Source: Hemiscyllium ocellatum | Taxonomy: Eukaryota | Length of the DNA stretch: 64,000 nt | Direction of reading: 5' to 3' | NCBI RefSeq assembly: GCF_020745735.1 | Contig: NC_083409.1 | Location: forward strand, 13,577,259-13,641,258 | Shown here: in pieces, positions 37,528-50,839 of the stretch | How positions within the stretch are numbered: position 1 is the first letter of the stretch | Layout of the letters: the number at the start of each line of letters is the position of its first letter | The notes under the pieces: generated by a model | What the model saw: the letters and a program-made list of their open reading frames with translations, nothing else | Told to the model about the DNA's origin: nothing | Databases searched by the model: none | Translations under genes and position numbers: made by a program

Positions 37528-39170
37528 CATAAGACCAAAAGACCATAAGACATAGGAGTGGAAGTAAGGCCATTCAGCCCATCGAGTCCACTCCGCCATT
37601 CAATCATGGCTGATGGGCATTTCAACTCCACTTACCCACATTCTCCCCGTAGCCCTTAATTCCTCGAGACAACAAGAATCGATTGATCTCTGCCTTGAAG
37701 ACATTTAGTGTCCCGGCCTCCACCGCACTCTGCGGCAATGAATTCCACAGGCCCACCACTCTCTGGCTGAAGAAATGTCTCCGCATTTCTGTTCTGAATT
37801 TACCCCCTCTAATTTTAAGGCTGTGTCCACGGGTCCTAATCTCCTCTCCTAACAGAAACAATTTCCTTGCCTCCACCCTTTCCAAGCCATGTATTATCTT
37901 GTATGTCTCTATTAAATCTCCCCTGAATACAATCCCAGGATCCTCAGCCGTTCCTCATATGTTAGATCTACCATTCAAGGGATCATCCGTGTGAATCTCC
38001 GCTGGACACGTTCCAGTGCCAGTATGTTCTTCCTGAAGTGTGGGGACCAAAACTGGACACAGTCCTCCAAATGGGGCTAACCAGAGCTTTATAAAGTCTC
38101 AGTAGCACAATGGTGTTTTTATATTCCAACCCTCTTGAGGTAAGTGACAACATTGCATTCACTTTCTTAATCACGGACTCAACCTGCATATTTACCTTTA
38201 GAGAATCCTCGACTAGCAATCCCAGAACCCTTTGTACTTTGGCTTTACGAATTTTCTCACCGTTTAGAAAGTAGTCTATGCTTTTTTTTGCCAACCTGCA
38301 AGACCTCGCATTTGCTCATGTTGAATTCCATCAGCCATTTCCTGGACCACTCTCCCAAACTGTCTAGATCCTTCTGTAGCCTCCCCACTTCCTCAGTACT
38401 ACCTGCCTCTCACCTAACTTCGTATCATCTGCAAACTTCGTTATAATGCCCCCAGTCCCTTCATCCAGATCATTAATATATATAATGCGAACAGCTGTGG
38501 CCCCAACACCGAACCCTATGGGACACCGCTCGTCCATTCCGAAAAAGAACCTTTCATTCCAACTTTCTGCCTTCTGTCAGACAGACAATCCTCAATCCAT
38601 CCCAGTAGCTCACCTCGAACACAATGGGCCCTCACCTTGCTCAGCAGCCTCTCGTGTGGCACCTTATCAAAGGCCTTTTGGAAGTCTAGATAGACCACAT
38701 CCACTGGGTTTCCCTGGTCTAACCTACTTGTCTCCTCTTCAAAGAATTCCAACAGGTTTGTCAGGCATGACCTCCGCTTACTGAATCCTCGTTGACTTGT
38801 TCTAATCAGACTCTGCTCTTCTAAGAATTTATAAACCTCATCCTTAATGATGGATTCTAGAATTTTACCAACCACCGAGGTTAGGCTAATTGGCCTATAA
38901 TTTTCCATCTTTTGTCTTGATCCTTTCTTGAACAAGTGGGTTACTACAGCAATCTTCCAATCATCCGGGACTTTCCCTGACTCCAGTGACTCTTAAAAGA
39001 TCTCAACCAATGCCTCTGCTATTTCCTCAGCCACCTCTCTCAGAGCTCTAGGATGTATCCCATCGGGGGCAGGAGATTTATCAATTTTAAGACTTTTTAG
39101 CTTTTCTAGCACTATCACTTTTGTAATGGCAACCATACTCAACTCAGACCCCTGACTTCCTTTATTCAGG
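37528..39170 (-). mobile_element. Younger CR1 copy inserted into ORF1 of an older CR1
   Basis: YLDFQKAFDKVPHE (38516-38935); tail CATAAGACCAAAAGACCATAAGACATAGG shared with 36085-36345 and 46000-46285; host ORF1 resumes at ~39175-39530. Confidence 0.8.
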
Positions 39171-39603
39171 AATTTTAATATGGTTCCTAACTCCCTAAAT
39201 TCTGCTTGTAGGACCTCATTCCATTTATTACCAATATCATTCCTACATGAACCATCACAGCTAGCTGTTCACCTCTGCCTTCAGAATATCCTGCAGCCGA
39301 TCTGAGACATCCCTGAGCCGTATAACTGGGAGGCAACATGCTATTCGTGAGTCTCGTTTTTGACCACAGAACCGCCGACCTACTCCCCTTACAAAGTCCA
39401 AACAAACCATATCCATGGGCCCCCCTTATCAAATCCACTTGCTACATCCTCACACAATTCCAGTCGATTTCCCTTTCGACAATCCATGCTGACTCTGTCC
39501 AGTTCTGTCACTGTTTTCAAAGTGCTAAGCTATAAAATATTTTATAATGAACTTGGGCATTTTCTCCACTGCTGATTTCTGGCTAATTGGTCTAAAATTT
39601 CTT

Positions 39604-39647
<44 letters not shown>

Positions 39648-40254
39648 AATAATTTGTTAAATTAACTCCCTCCACTCTGTAGGATCTATTTCACAGTTGC
39701 CAAACAGATAACCATCAATGTTTCTAATATTTTACAACCACTTCCTGAAGCACTCCTGAAAATAGATTATTTGGCCCTGCTGATTTAACATACTTTAGTT
39801 TTCCCAGAACCATTTTACTCCAACAACTGACTTCCTTCAGCTCCTTCCTCTGATAAAACTCCAAGTTCACCAAAATGTCTGAGATTTATTTGAGAATTCA
39901 TTTGAGCAGAAAGATCCAGAATATGTTTATCTGTCATCTCTTTGTTCCAACTATAACATTATAACACTTGTGTGGAACTTCCTTGAATGTCATCTGGACG
40001 TCCATATAAACAACACATTCCCTTATGTCACACATTAGTGACCTCGTTAAAACATGTAACCAGGTTAATTAAAGATATCTGACCCTTTTTAAATCCATGC
40101 TGACTTACTCTGATCTGCTCATATTTGTCAGACATTCTGTCTCTAAAACCAGATTCAACTACTTCCCAACAATAGACATTCAATAGAGATGTTCATTGTG
40201 AGTGAGGTGAGTAAACAGTGAGCACTGACATGATGGGCTGAACAGCCTCCTCCT

Positions 40255-43200
40255 AGAGTCACAGAGTCAAAGAGATGTACAGCATGGAAACAGACCCTTC
40301 GGTCCAACTTGTCCATGCTGACCAGACATCCCAACCCAATCTAGTCCCACCTGCCAACTCCTGGCCCAGATTCCTCCAAACCCTTTCTATTCATATACCC
40401 ATCCAGATGCCTTTTAAATGTTGCAATTGTACCAGCCTCCACCACTTCCTCTGGCAGCCCATTTCACACTCGCACCACCCTGTGTGTGAAAAAGTTGCTC
40501 TTCAAGTCCCTTTTATATCTTTCCCCTCTTACCCTAAACCCATGCCCTCTATTACTGGACTCCACCAGCCCAGGGAAAAGACTTGGTCTCTTTGCCCTAT
40601 CCATGCCCCTCATAATTTTATAAACCTCTGTAAGGTCACTCCTCAGCCTCTGACACTCCAGGGAAAACATCCCCAGCCTATTTACCCTCTCCTTATAGCT
40701 TAAATCCTTCAACCCTGGTAACATCCTTGTCAATCTTTTCTGAACCTTTTCAAGTTTCACAATATCTTTCTGATAGGAAGGAGACCAGAATTGAATGCAA
40801 TACTCCAAAAGTGTCCTCGGTGACCTCCCAATTCCTGTACACAATACTCTGACCATTAAAGGAAAGCATACCGAATGTCTTCTTCATTATCCTATCTACC
40901 TACAACTCTACTTTCAAGGAGCTATGAACCTGCACTCCAAAGTCTCTTTGTTCAGCAACACTCCCGAAAACCTTACCATTAAGTGTATAAGTCCTGCTAA
41001 GATTTGCTTTCCCAAATGCAGCACCTTGCACTTATCTAAATTAAACTCCATCTGCCATTCCTCAGCCCAATGGCCCATCGGATCAAGATCCTGTTGTAAT
41101 CTGAGGCAACCTTCTTCGCTGTCCATTACACCTCCAATTTTGGTGTCATTTGCAAACTTACTAACTCTACTGCCTATGTTCATATCCAAATCATTTATGT
41201 AAATGACAAAAAGTAGTTGACCCAGGACCAATCCTTATGACACTCCACTGGTTACAGGCCTCCAGTCTAAAAAACATCCCTCCACCACCACCCTCTGTCT
41301 TCTACCTTTGAGCCAGTTCTGTATCCAAATGGCTAGTTCTCCTGTATTCCATGAGATCTAACCTTGCTAACCTGCCTCCCATGGGGAACCTTGTCGAATG
41401 CCTTACTGAAGTCCATTCAGATCCTGTCTAACGTTCTGCCTTCATCAATTCTTTCTGTTACTTCAAAAAACTCAATCAAGTTTGTGAGACATGATTTCCC
41501 ATGCACAAAACCATGCTGACTATCCCTAATCAGTCTTTGCCTTTCCAAATATATGGACATTCTGTCCCTCAGGATTCCTTCCAACAACTTCCTCACAACC
41601 AACGTCTGGCTCACTGGTCTACAGTTCCCTGGCTTGTCCTCACCAACTTTCTTAAATAGTGGCACCAATTAGTGAACCTCCAGTCTTCTGGCACATCATC
41701 TGTGACTATTGAGGATACAAGTATCACAGTAAGAGGCCCAGCAATCACTTCCCTAGCTTCCCACAGAGTTCTAGGGTACACCTAATTAGGTCCTGGGATT
41801 TATCCACTTTTATGCATTTCAAGACATCGAGCACCTCCTCGTCTGTAATATGAACGTTTTTCAAGATATCACCATCTATTTCCCTGCATTCTATATCTTC
41901 AATATCCTTCTCCACAATTAAACTGAAGCAAAATACTCATTTGGTATCTGCCCCATCTCCTGCGGCTCCACACAAAGGTCGCCTTGCTGATTTTTGAGGG
42001 CCCTATTCTCTCCTTAGTTACCCTCTTGTCCTTAATGTATTCATAAAACCCCTCTGTATTCTCCTTAGCCCTATTTGCCAAAGCTATCTCATGTTGTTGC
42101 CCTCCTGATTTCCCTCTTAAGTATACTCCTACTGCCTTTGTATCCATCTAAGGATTCACTAAATCTATCCTGTCTATACCTGACATATGCTTCATTCTTT
42201 TTCTCAACCAAACCCTCAACTTCTCTCATCATCCAATAGTCCCTACACCTACCAGCCTTTCCTTTCACTGTAACTAGAATATACTATCTCTGGACTCAAA
42301 TTATCTCATTTCTGAAGGCTTCCCATTTTCCAGATGTCCCTTTACCTGCGAGCAACTGCCCCCAATCAGCTTTTCAGAGTTCTTGCCTCATATTGGCAAA
42401 ATTAGCCTTCCTCCAATTTAGAACTTCAACTTCTGGATCTGGTCTATACAGAAACCCACACAGACACAGGGAGAATGTGCAAACCCCACACAGACAGTTG
42501 CCTGAGGTGGGAATTGAACCCGGGTCTCTGGCACTGTGAGGCAGCAGTGCTAAACACTGTGCCACCGTGCCTGATACTGGCAAAATTAGCCTTCCTCCAA
42601 TTTAGAACTTCAACTTCAGGATCTGGTCTATCCTTTTCCTTCACTATTTTAAAATGAATAGAATTATGGTCGCTGACCAAAAGTACTCCTCCACTGACAC
42701 CTCAGTCACCTGCCCTGCCTTATTTCCAAGAGTAGGTCGAGCTTTGCACCTTCTCTAGTAGGTACAACCACATACTGAATCAGAAAATTGTCTTGTACAC
42801 ACTTAACAAATTCCTCTCCATCTAAACCCTAAACACTATGGCAGTCCCAGTCTATGTTCGGAAAGTTAAAATCCCCTACTATAACCACCCCATTATTCTT
42901 ACTGATAACTGAAATCTCCTTACAAATTTGATTCTCAATTTCCCGCTGACTACTGGAGGGGGGCTATAATACAATCCCAACAAGGTGATCATCCCCTTCT
43001 TTTTTCTCAGTTCCATACAAATAACTTCCCTGGATGTATTTCTGGGAATATCCTCCCGAAGCACAGCTGTAATGCTATCCCTCATCAAAAATGCCACTCT
43101 CCCTCCTCTTGTGCCTCCCTTTCTGTCCTTCCTGTAGCATTTGTATCCTAGAACATTAAACAGCCAGTCCTGTCCATCCCTGAGCCATGTTTCTGTAATT

Positions 43201-44130
43201 GCTATGATATCCCAGTCCCATGTTCCTAACCACGGCCTATGTTCATCTTCCTTCCTTGTTAGGCCTCTTGCACTGAAATAAATGCAGTTTAATTTATCAG
43301 TCCTACCTTGTTCTCTGCTTTGTCCCCGCCTGCCCTGACTGTTTGACCTGCCTTTGTTCTCAACTTTACCAATCTCAGGTTGAAATCTTTCCTCACTATC
43401 TCCCTGGGTCCCACCCGCCCACCTTACTAGTTTAAATCCTCCCAAGCAGCTCTAGCAAATCTCCCTGCCAGTATATTAGTCCCCTTCCAATTCAGGTGCA
43501 ATCTGTCCTTCTTGTACAGGTCACTTCTACCTCAAAACAGCTTCCAAAGATCCAAAAATGTGAATCCTTCTCCCATACACCAGCTCCTCAGCCATGCATT
43601 CATCTGCTCTATCCTCCTATTCCTGCCCTCACTAGCTCATAGCACCAGGAGTAATTCAGATATTACTACTCATGAGGACCTCCTTTTTAAATTCCTGCCT
43701 AACTCTCTGCAATCTCCCTTCAGAATCTCAACATTTTCCCTTCTATGTCGTTGGTTCCAAAGTGTACAATGAGCTCCTGCTGGTCCCTCTCCACCTTAAG
43801 AACATTCTGCACCCTCCCTGAGACATACTTGATCCTGGCACCAGGGAAGCAACACACCATTCTGGTTTTTCACTACTGGCCACAGAAACGTCTGTCTGAA
43901 CCTCGGGCTAGAGAGTCCCTGAACACAGTCGATCATTTGGAACCCGACGTACCTCCCATTACATTAGAGCCAGTGCCAATACCAGAAACTTGGCTGCTCA
44001 TGCTAATGCTAAGTACCCCTGAGTTTCCATCATCCCCTACATTTTCCAAAACAGCATACTTGTTTGAAATGGGAATAGCCACAGAAGACTCCTGCACTAC
44101 TTGCCTACCTCTCTTGCCTTTCCTGGAGTA
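40255..44130 (-). mobile_element. Near full-length degenerate CR1 LINE (ORF1, endonuclease, RT, 3' tail)
   Basis: ORF1 remnants 43500-44130; WDWDIIAITETWL (42879-43445); HGFVHGKSCLTNLIEFF (41417-41668); LEYCIQFWSP (40464-40856). Confidence 0.88.
42448..42572 (-). mobile_element. HE1 SINE 5' half flanked by a 54-bp direct repeat
   Basis: SINE head GGCACGGTGGCACAGTGTTTAGCACTGCTGCCTCAC on minus strand; flanks 42394-42447 and 42578-42631 differ at one base. Confidence 0.85.
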
Positions 44131-46686
44131 ATGGTCAGAGCCCATGGGATCCAAGGCATTTTGGCAAATTGGATCCAAATATGAGGCAAAGAGTGATGGT
44201 GGAGGGTTGTCTTTGTGATTGGAAGCCTGTGACCAGTGGTGTAAGACAGGGACTGGGGCTGGGATCCTTGCTGTTTGTAATGTACATTAACAAATTGACT
44301 GTGATTGTATAATTAGAAAGTTTTCAGAGGCCACATAAATTGGTGGTGTTATTGATATTGATTTGATTTTTATTTTAGTTTATTGTCACATGTACTCGAG
44401 TGCAAAAGTATTGGAGTACAGTGAAAAGTATGTAACGTCACCTCACAAGGTGCCATCTTAGGTACAAGGACCTCAGTACAGAATCGTTAAGAACAAGGTA
44501 GAAAGAAAGAATAAAGTTCAAAGTTACATGTTGCAGATCTTTTTAGTTTTAAGTAGAAAATGAAGAAATAAAGCTGAAAGTTCAAGTATTAGAGCCTTTC
44601 TTAAGAACTCAGCAACCATGGGATCATACTTTAAGTAATCACCTCGAGACCAGAAGTCCACGCTGAGGCCTTCCCGGGTGGAGAGACAACCATATACAGA
44701 AAGGACCACTATGTGGGATGAGAGACACCCACTCTGGGCCACTCAGAGATCGCTACACTAAGCCGAGTGACCATCACGCTGGGCTGACAGTCTAGCATGC
44801 TGGGCTGAGAGGCCTCCACATCGAACTGAGAGGCCATCATGTTGGACCAAGAGTCTGCCTCATCGGGCTGGAAGGTCTCCCTGCCAGGCCAGGACACTGC
44901 CACACCAAGCCAAGAAGCCACATCATGAGGTCTGAACTAGGTCAGAGGCCTGGCGACTGAGGCTGGGAGTCCGTGCCCGCGAGAAGAAATAAGGGAGAAG
45001 GACAAAAGAAAAACACAAAAGAAAAGGATAAGAGAAGTGGAATAGAAAGAAGAAAAGGATACAGACAGAGCAGATGAACTCGGTCTGAAGTGTCCTACTC
45101 TGCTGCCATCTTGGATTACTGGGTCTCAGGCTACAGTCTGATATTGGTCAGTTGGTAAATTGGGCAGAGCAATGGCAGATGTAATTTAATCCTGATCTCT
45201 CTGAGGTGATCCTACTTGGGAGATCTAATAAGGGAAGGATATACACAATGAAAGGCATGTGCCTTGAGTGTCCTTATGCATGAATCACAGAGGGTTGGTC
45301 TACAGGTACAACAAGCAATTAGGAAGGCAAATGGAATTTTGTCCTTCATTGCTAAAGGGATTGAGTTTAAAAAGCGGGAAGGTTATGTTGCAGCTGTACA
45401 GGGTGTTGGTGAGACCACACCTTGGGTACTGCGTGCAGTAATGGTCTCCTCACTTGGAAAAGGCAATACTGGCACTAGAGGGGTGCAGAGAAAGTTCACT
45501 AGGCTGATACTGGGGTGGAGGGGGTTGGCTTATGAAGGGAGACTGCGTAGACTGGGATATATTCATTGGAACTTAGGAGAATGAGGGGAACCTTATAGAA
45601 ACAAATAAAATTATAAAGAGAATAGACAAGACAGAAGTAGGGAGGATGTTCCCACTGGCAAGTGAAACTAAAACAAGGGGGTTCAGCCTCAAAATTAGGG
45701 GGAGCAGATTTAGGACTGAATTGAGAAGGAACTTCTTCACCCAGAGGGTCATAAAACTATGAAATTCCTTGCTCAATGAAGAAAATGATGCTACTTCAGT
45801 AAATGTTTTAAAGCTAAGACAGACCATCCCTGGAATGGTAAGCCTAATATATGATGAACGGCTGAGGATCGTGGGATTGTATTCATTCGACTTTCGAAGG
45901 GGAGATTTAATAGAAACTTACAAGATAATGCATGGCTTAGAACTGGTGGATGCTGGGAAATTGTTTCCATTAGGTGGGGGTACTAGGACCCGTGGGCACA
46001 GCCTTAGAGTTAGAGGGGGTCAGTTTAAAACAGAACTGAGGAGACATTTCTTCAGCTAGAGAGTGATGGGCCTTTGGAATTCATTGCCACAGAGCGCAGT
46101 GGCGGCTGAAATATTAAATGTCTTCAAGGCAGAGATTGATAAATTCTTAATCTTGCAATGAATCAAGGGCTACAGGGAGAGTGTGGGTAACTGTCGTTAA
46201 ATGCCCATCACCCATGATTGAATGGCGGAGTGGACTCGATGGACCAAATGGCCTTACTTCCACTCCTTTGTCTTATGGTCTTATGTGGAGCTGAGTCCAT
46301 GAAAAGATCAGCCATGATCTTATTGAATGGCAGAGCAGGGTTGAAGGGACAGATGGCCTACTCCTGCTCCTAGTTCTTATGTTCTTATGTTCCTTGGGAG
46401 TACTGAGGAACAAAGGGACCTTAGTGTACAAGTCCATCAATCCCGGAAGGTATCAGCACAGCTAGACAGGGTGGTGAAGAAGGCATATGGGATGCTTGCC
46501 ATCATTAGAAAAAATAATACAGGCATGGACAATTTTCTAAACGGTGAGAAAATTCATAAAGTCAAAGTACAAAGTGATCAAGGAATGCTAGTTCCCGGAT
46601 TCTCTAAAGGTTAACTTGCAGGTTGAATCCATGGTTAAGAAAGCAAATGTAGTGTTGTCATTTATCTCAAGATCTGAAAAAGAGCC

Positions 46687-46722
46687 ATTCCTGAAGAAGG
46701 GCTTATGCCCGAAATGTCGAAT
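46687..46722 (+). ncRNA. Minimal type I hammerhead ribozyme motif in PLE pseudo-LTR fragment
   Basis: attc-CTGAAGA-a-gggc(ttat)gccc-GAAAT-GTC-gaat; GUC cleavage triplet, helices I and II paired. Confidence 0.7.
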
Positions 46723-47389
46723 TTCCTGTTCCTTGGATGCTGCCTGACCTGCTGCGCTTTTCCAGCAACACATTTTCAACTGCTTGCCATCATTAGCCAG
46801 GGTGTAGAATATAGGAAGTAGAAATTCTTGTTGTTACCTGACAGAGCACTGGTTAGGTCATGTCTGGAATATTGTGCACAGTTCTGGTCGTGACACTGTT
46901 GGAAGAACGTGATTGAACTGGAGAGGATGCAGAGGAGATTAACCAGAATATTCCCTGGGATGGAAAGTATTCGTTATGAGGAGAGACTGTGTTTCTCTCA
47001 GATAGACTGTATATGTTTTCTCTGGGGGAAATCTGATTGAGGTATACAAAAATATGAAAGGCATAGACAAAGTCAATTGTGAGAATCTTTTCCCCATGTC
47101 AGACATGTCTATGACCAGAGGGAATAAGCTTACCATGTGAAAAAATGGTTTAGAGGGGTTTTGAGGACTTTTTTCCCCAGAGGGTGGTAGAAATATGGAA
47201 TGTGCAGCTTGAGAAGGTAGTGGAGGCAGCTCCTCTCACAACATTTAAGAAACATCCAGACGAGCACATAAAATGCCAGGGCTTGGAAGGCAATGGACCA
47301 AGTGCAGGTCAATGGAGTTTGGTGATGACTGGTTGGCATCGACATGTCGACAAACAGAAGGGCCTGTTTGTTTGCTGTATGACTCTATG

Positions 47390-50300
47390 ACAATGAAGAG
47401 AAGGATGTGGAAGCATTTTTCATGTTGTTAGTGAAGATAGCAACACAAGCGAGATGGGAAAAACAAATTGGACCTTGTCCATGCAAAAATGAACTTGGGA
47501 AGCACAAGAGGTTTCTACATCCCTGTCAGAGGAATGTTCTCGGGATCATGAGGAGGTGAAAACGGCTATTCTAAGCACATATGAGTTGGCCCCAGAAACA
47601 TACAGACAGATGTTTCAGAACTTACACAAACAGCCTGGACAAACCTGTACTGAGTTTAAGAGAGTTTAACAAAATAACGCTGACAGGTGGATAAGAACAT
47701 TAACAGCTGAGAATACTTACAATGCTCTCAGAGAAGTTATCCTTTGAGAAGAATTTAAAACTTCCTTCACTTCTAGAATCAGAATTCATGTAGATGACCA
47801 AAGGGGAACGACAGTAAGACGAGAAGCAAGAATGGCTAATAATTATAGATCTTGTTAAAACCAAAACCCTGCAGATGCTGGAATCCAAAGTAGACAAACA
47901 GGAGGCGGGAAGAGCACAACAAGCCAAGCAGCATCAGGAGGTGGAGAAGTCACCTGATGGGAGACTGATCCAGAAACCTTTTTCCCATCAGGCCCAGAAA
48001 TGGGAGAAAAATAAAAATTGGGAGAGTCTAAGGAAGGTAGATAGCCAGGGGAGAGAATGGGCAGGAGGGAACAGCCCGAAAACTCCTCCTCAGATTAAGA
48101 AGGAAATTGCTGAGAGTGGAAGTGATGATCAGAAGCTGAAATGTTTCTCTTGGAATAAGGTGGGCTATGTATGTTTGGAATGTTGGAAGTTGAGGCAAAC
48201 CCATGGGATTTATGTGAGTTAGTAAAATGAGTCAGAGAAGGGAACACAGACAGATAATCCCACGGAGCAGGTTGTAGCTGTAACAATAACAAAAAGGCCG
48301 GAGGTGAATTCTGTCATTAGTAAAGGAAGTTGTCAGGTAGATGAGAGGTGGACAGGACTTTTATCAAAAGGAATGGTGACTCCTTTTTCTTCAGCTAAAC
48401 CCAGAACCAAACTGAGAGATACAGGAGCAACACAGTCACTTTTACTGGAGAAATAATTGATTTTCCCTCCAGAGAGCTCGATGGGAGCTAAGGTATTAAT
48501 CAGTGGGATTAGTGGAGAATATGTTCCACTTCCATTGTATACAGTACAACTGGAATGTGATTTGTTATCAGGAGAAGTAATTGTCGGAATGGGAAAACAT
48601 TCCCTGTTGAGGGAGTCGATTTCCTTCTGGGGAATGGTTTGTCAGAACTAAAGGCAGTAGCTTCCCCGATAATTACAGAATGTCCAAAGGAGGGCCAAGA
48701 AACAGAACAATGACAGGAACAGGTTCCTGGTCTCTCTCCTTCGTGTGAGGTAACCAGGGCAATGGTTAAACAAAATCCATCAATAAGGGTTGATGTGACA
48801 CCACAGCAAGTGAAAGGATCGCTGAAACGTTCTGAAAGGGTGAAGATAATCCAGGTGGAGTGGTTGGTATGATGTCACTAATTACAGCAGATCCAAAAAG
48901 CAGATCCTGAATGAAATAAATGAGCACAGTCAGCTCATACTGAGGTCGAGGCTGAAGGAGTTTCAGAGTGTTATTGTGTTCAGAATGGAGCGCTGATGAG
49001 GAAGTGGAGACCCCCTCATAGACCCCCAGAAGAATGGTCGGTTAGACATTGCCTAGTGGTCCCACCCAGCTATCATAGGGAGATAGTACAAGGGGCACAT
49101 GAGACTCCCATGGCAGGTCACATGGGGATTTAGGAAACACAGGCATCCAGAAACAGGTACTTTACTGAGCAACAATTGGATAAAGATGTGGTGCAGTTTT
49201 ATAAAACATGTCTTACTTGTCAAGTTATAGGTAAACCTCAATACAAAACCAGCATCCTTAATTCCTCTCCCAGTTTTTGAGGAACCATCCCGTCATGTAC
49301 AGGTTCGTCAAGTAGTGAGTATAATGGATGACGGGATCAGAAAAAGCTTGAGATCAAAAAAGACCTGGGCACTTCCCAAAGGAAACTTCCTGTTATTAGA
49401 TGAACAAATTCAGAGATATTTGAGACTTCAGACGCTGTATTTTTGAATCTGGAGAAAGATCAACAGGTAGATTTAGTGAGGCTGCTCAGACAATACAAAG
49501 ATGCTTAAATGAGGAGTCGTTGAGGACTTTGGTTCTGTACTTGATGGAGTTTAGAAAGATGAGAGGGAATGTCATTGAAACTTACAGAATACAGGGTGGC
49601 CTGGATAGAGTGGACATGGAGGAGATGTTTCTAATAATAGGAGAGTTGGAGACCCGAGGGCACAGCCTCAGAGTGAAGAGACGATCTTTCGAACTGAGTT
49701 GAGAAGGAATTTCTTCAGCCAGAGTGTCATTAATCTGTGGAACTGCAGAGGGCCTTGGAGGCCAATTCATTGAGTGTATTTAAGAAAGAGATAGATTGGC
49801 TCTTGATTGGTCAAGGGATCAAGATTTACAGGGAAAAGGGAAGAGATTGGGGCTGAGAAACATTATCAACTGTAAATGACCAGACATGATGGGCCAAATG
49901 GCCCAATTCTGCTCCTTTATCTTGTGAACTTGTATTGATACACTTAGATCTATCACATGAATCAAATATAACATGAATTTGGTAATTCAGACAAAATAAA
50001 ACAAAAACCAACCGAAACCGGCAATGGAACAGAGGGCTTCCATGTTGGAGAATCAGCTGATTGAACCATATCAGAGTAATTGGAGTTCTCCTGTAGTATT
50101 GGCTCCTGAACCAAACTGTTCAATTTAATTCTGTGTAGACTCGAGGAATGTGAGTCTCGTCACAAAACCAGATTCATTCCCTATTCCCAGCTGAGAAGGT
50201 TGAATAGAGAGGGTTTGTTGTATATCATTCTTGTATAAAATTGATTTGTTAAAAGGATGTTGACAAGAACTCACTGATAACTAGAACTAAGCGAGTTTCT

Positions 50301-50390
50301 GTATTTATCACACCTAATGGATTATACCCAATGGCAAGTTTTGCCATGTGGACTTAACAACTCTCCAGTCACATTTGAATGATTATTGTG
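47390..50390 (+). mobile_element. Decayed Ty3/Gypsy LTR retrotransposon internal region, Gmr1-like domain order
   Basis: Gag HEEVKTAILSTYELAPETYRQMF (~47550-47620); zinc knuckle CFSWNKVGYVCLECW; protease RDTGATQSLLL (~48415-48450); integrase His/Cys zinc-binding remnant HETPMAGHMG..CLTCQ (~49095-49225); RT PYQSNWSSPVV, KPDSFPIP and LNNSPVTF (~50065-50380). Interrupted by PLE (~47870-47960) and CR1 (~49510-49930) fragments; no LTR found. Confidence 0.78.
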
Positions 50391-50781
50391 AATGTGAACA
50401 AGGTCACACTCCCCCACATTACACTCCATCTGCCCAATATTTCTTCAAAGCCCAGCTGTATCTAATATTCAGCAGGATGGAGAAATAGCCATTTGTAACT
50501 AGAATAAAGATATCTCTGAGAATCACTTTAATAATTGTTTTTATTGAAGCTTTCATTAGTTCTGTGTTGATTGACACAATGCTCTGGTTTGGGCTTTGCT
50601 GTCTGTACAAACCATCTGTAATGTCTTTGCTGCAATGGTTCACATTTACATCATCAAACTCACACTCCAAATATCCCGTCATTATTCTCCATGGGATTCA
50701 CTGGCATTGGCTCAGATCGAACTCCCAGCAGCTGAAATGGAGGGTGGGATACGGCTTAGAGAGCAAGAGATGGAGCACAGG

Positions 50782-50782
<1 letters not shown>

Positions 50783-50834
<52 letters not shown>
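50783..50834. repeat. (GA)n microsatellite
   Basis: Long near-perfect GA dinucleotide run; others at ~4132-4165 and ~39608-39645 as (CT)n. Confidence 0.95.

Positions 50835-50839
<5 letters not shown>

Noticed and set aside
38967-38976. GGGACTTTCC, identical to the classic kappa enhancer kB site
   Set aside because: Lies inside a young CR1 ORF2 and is part of the element's coding sequence; far from either J-C intron.
50001-50009. Perfect nonamer ACAAAAACC
   Set aside because: No heptamer at either spacing; lies within the Gypsy relic.
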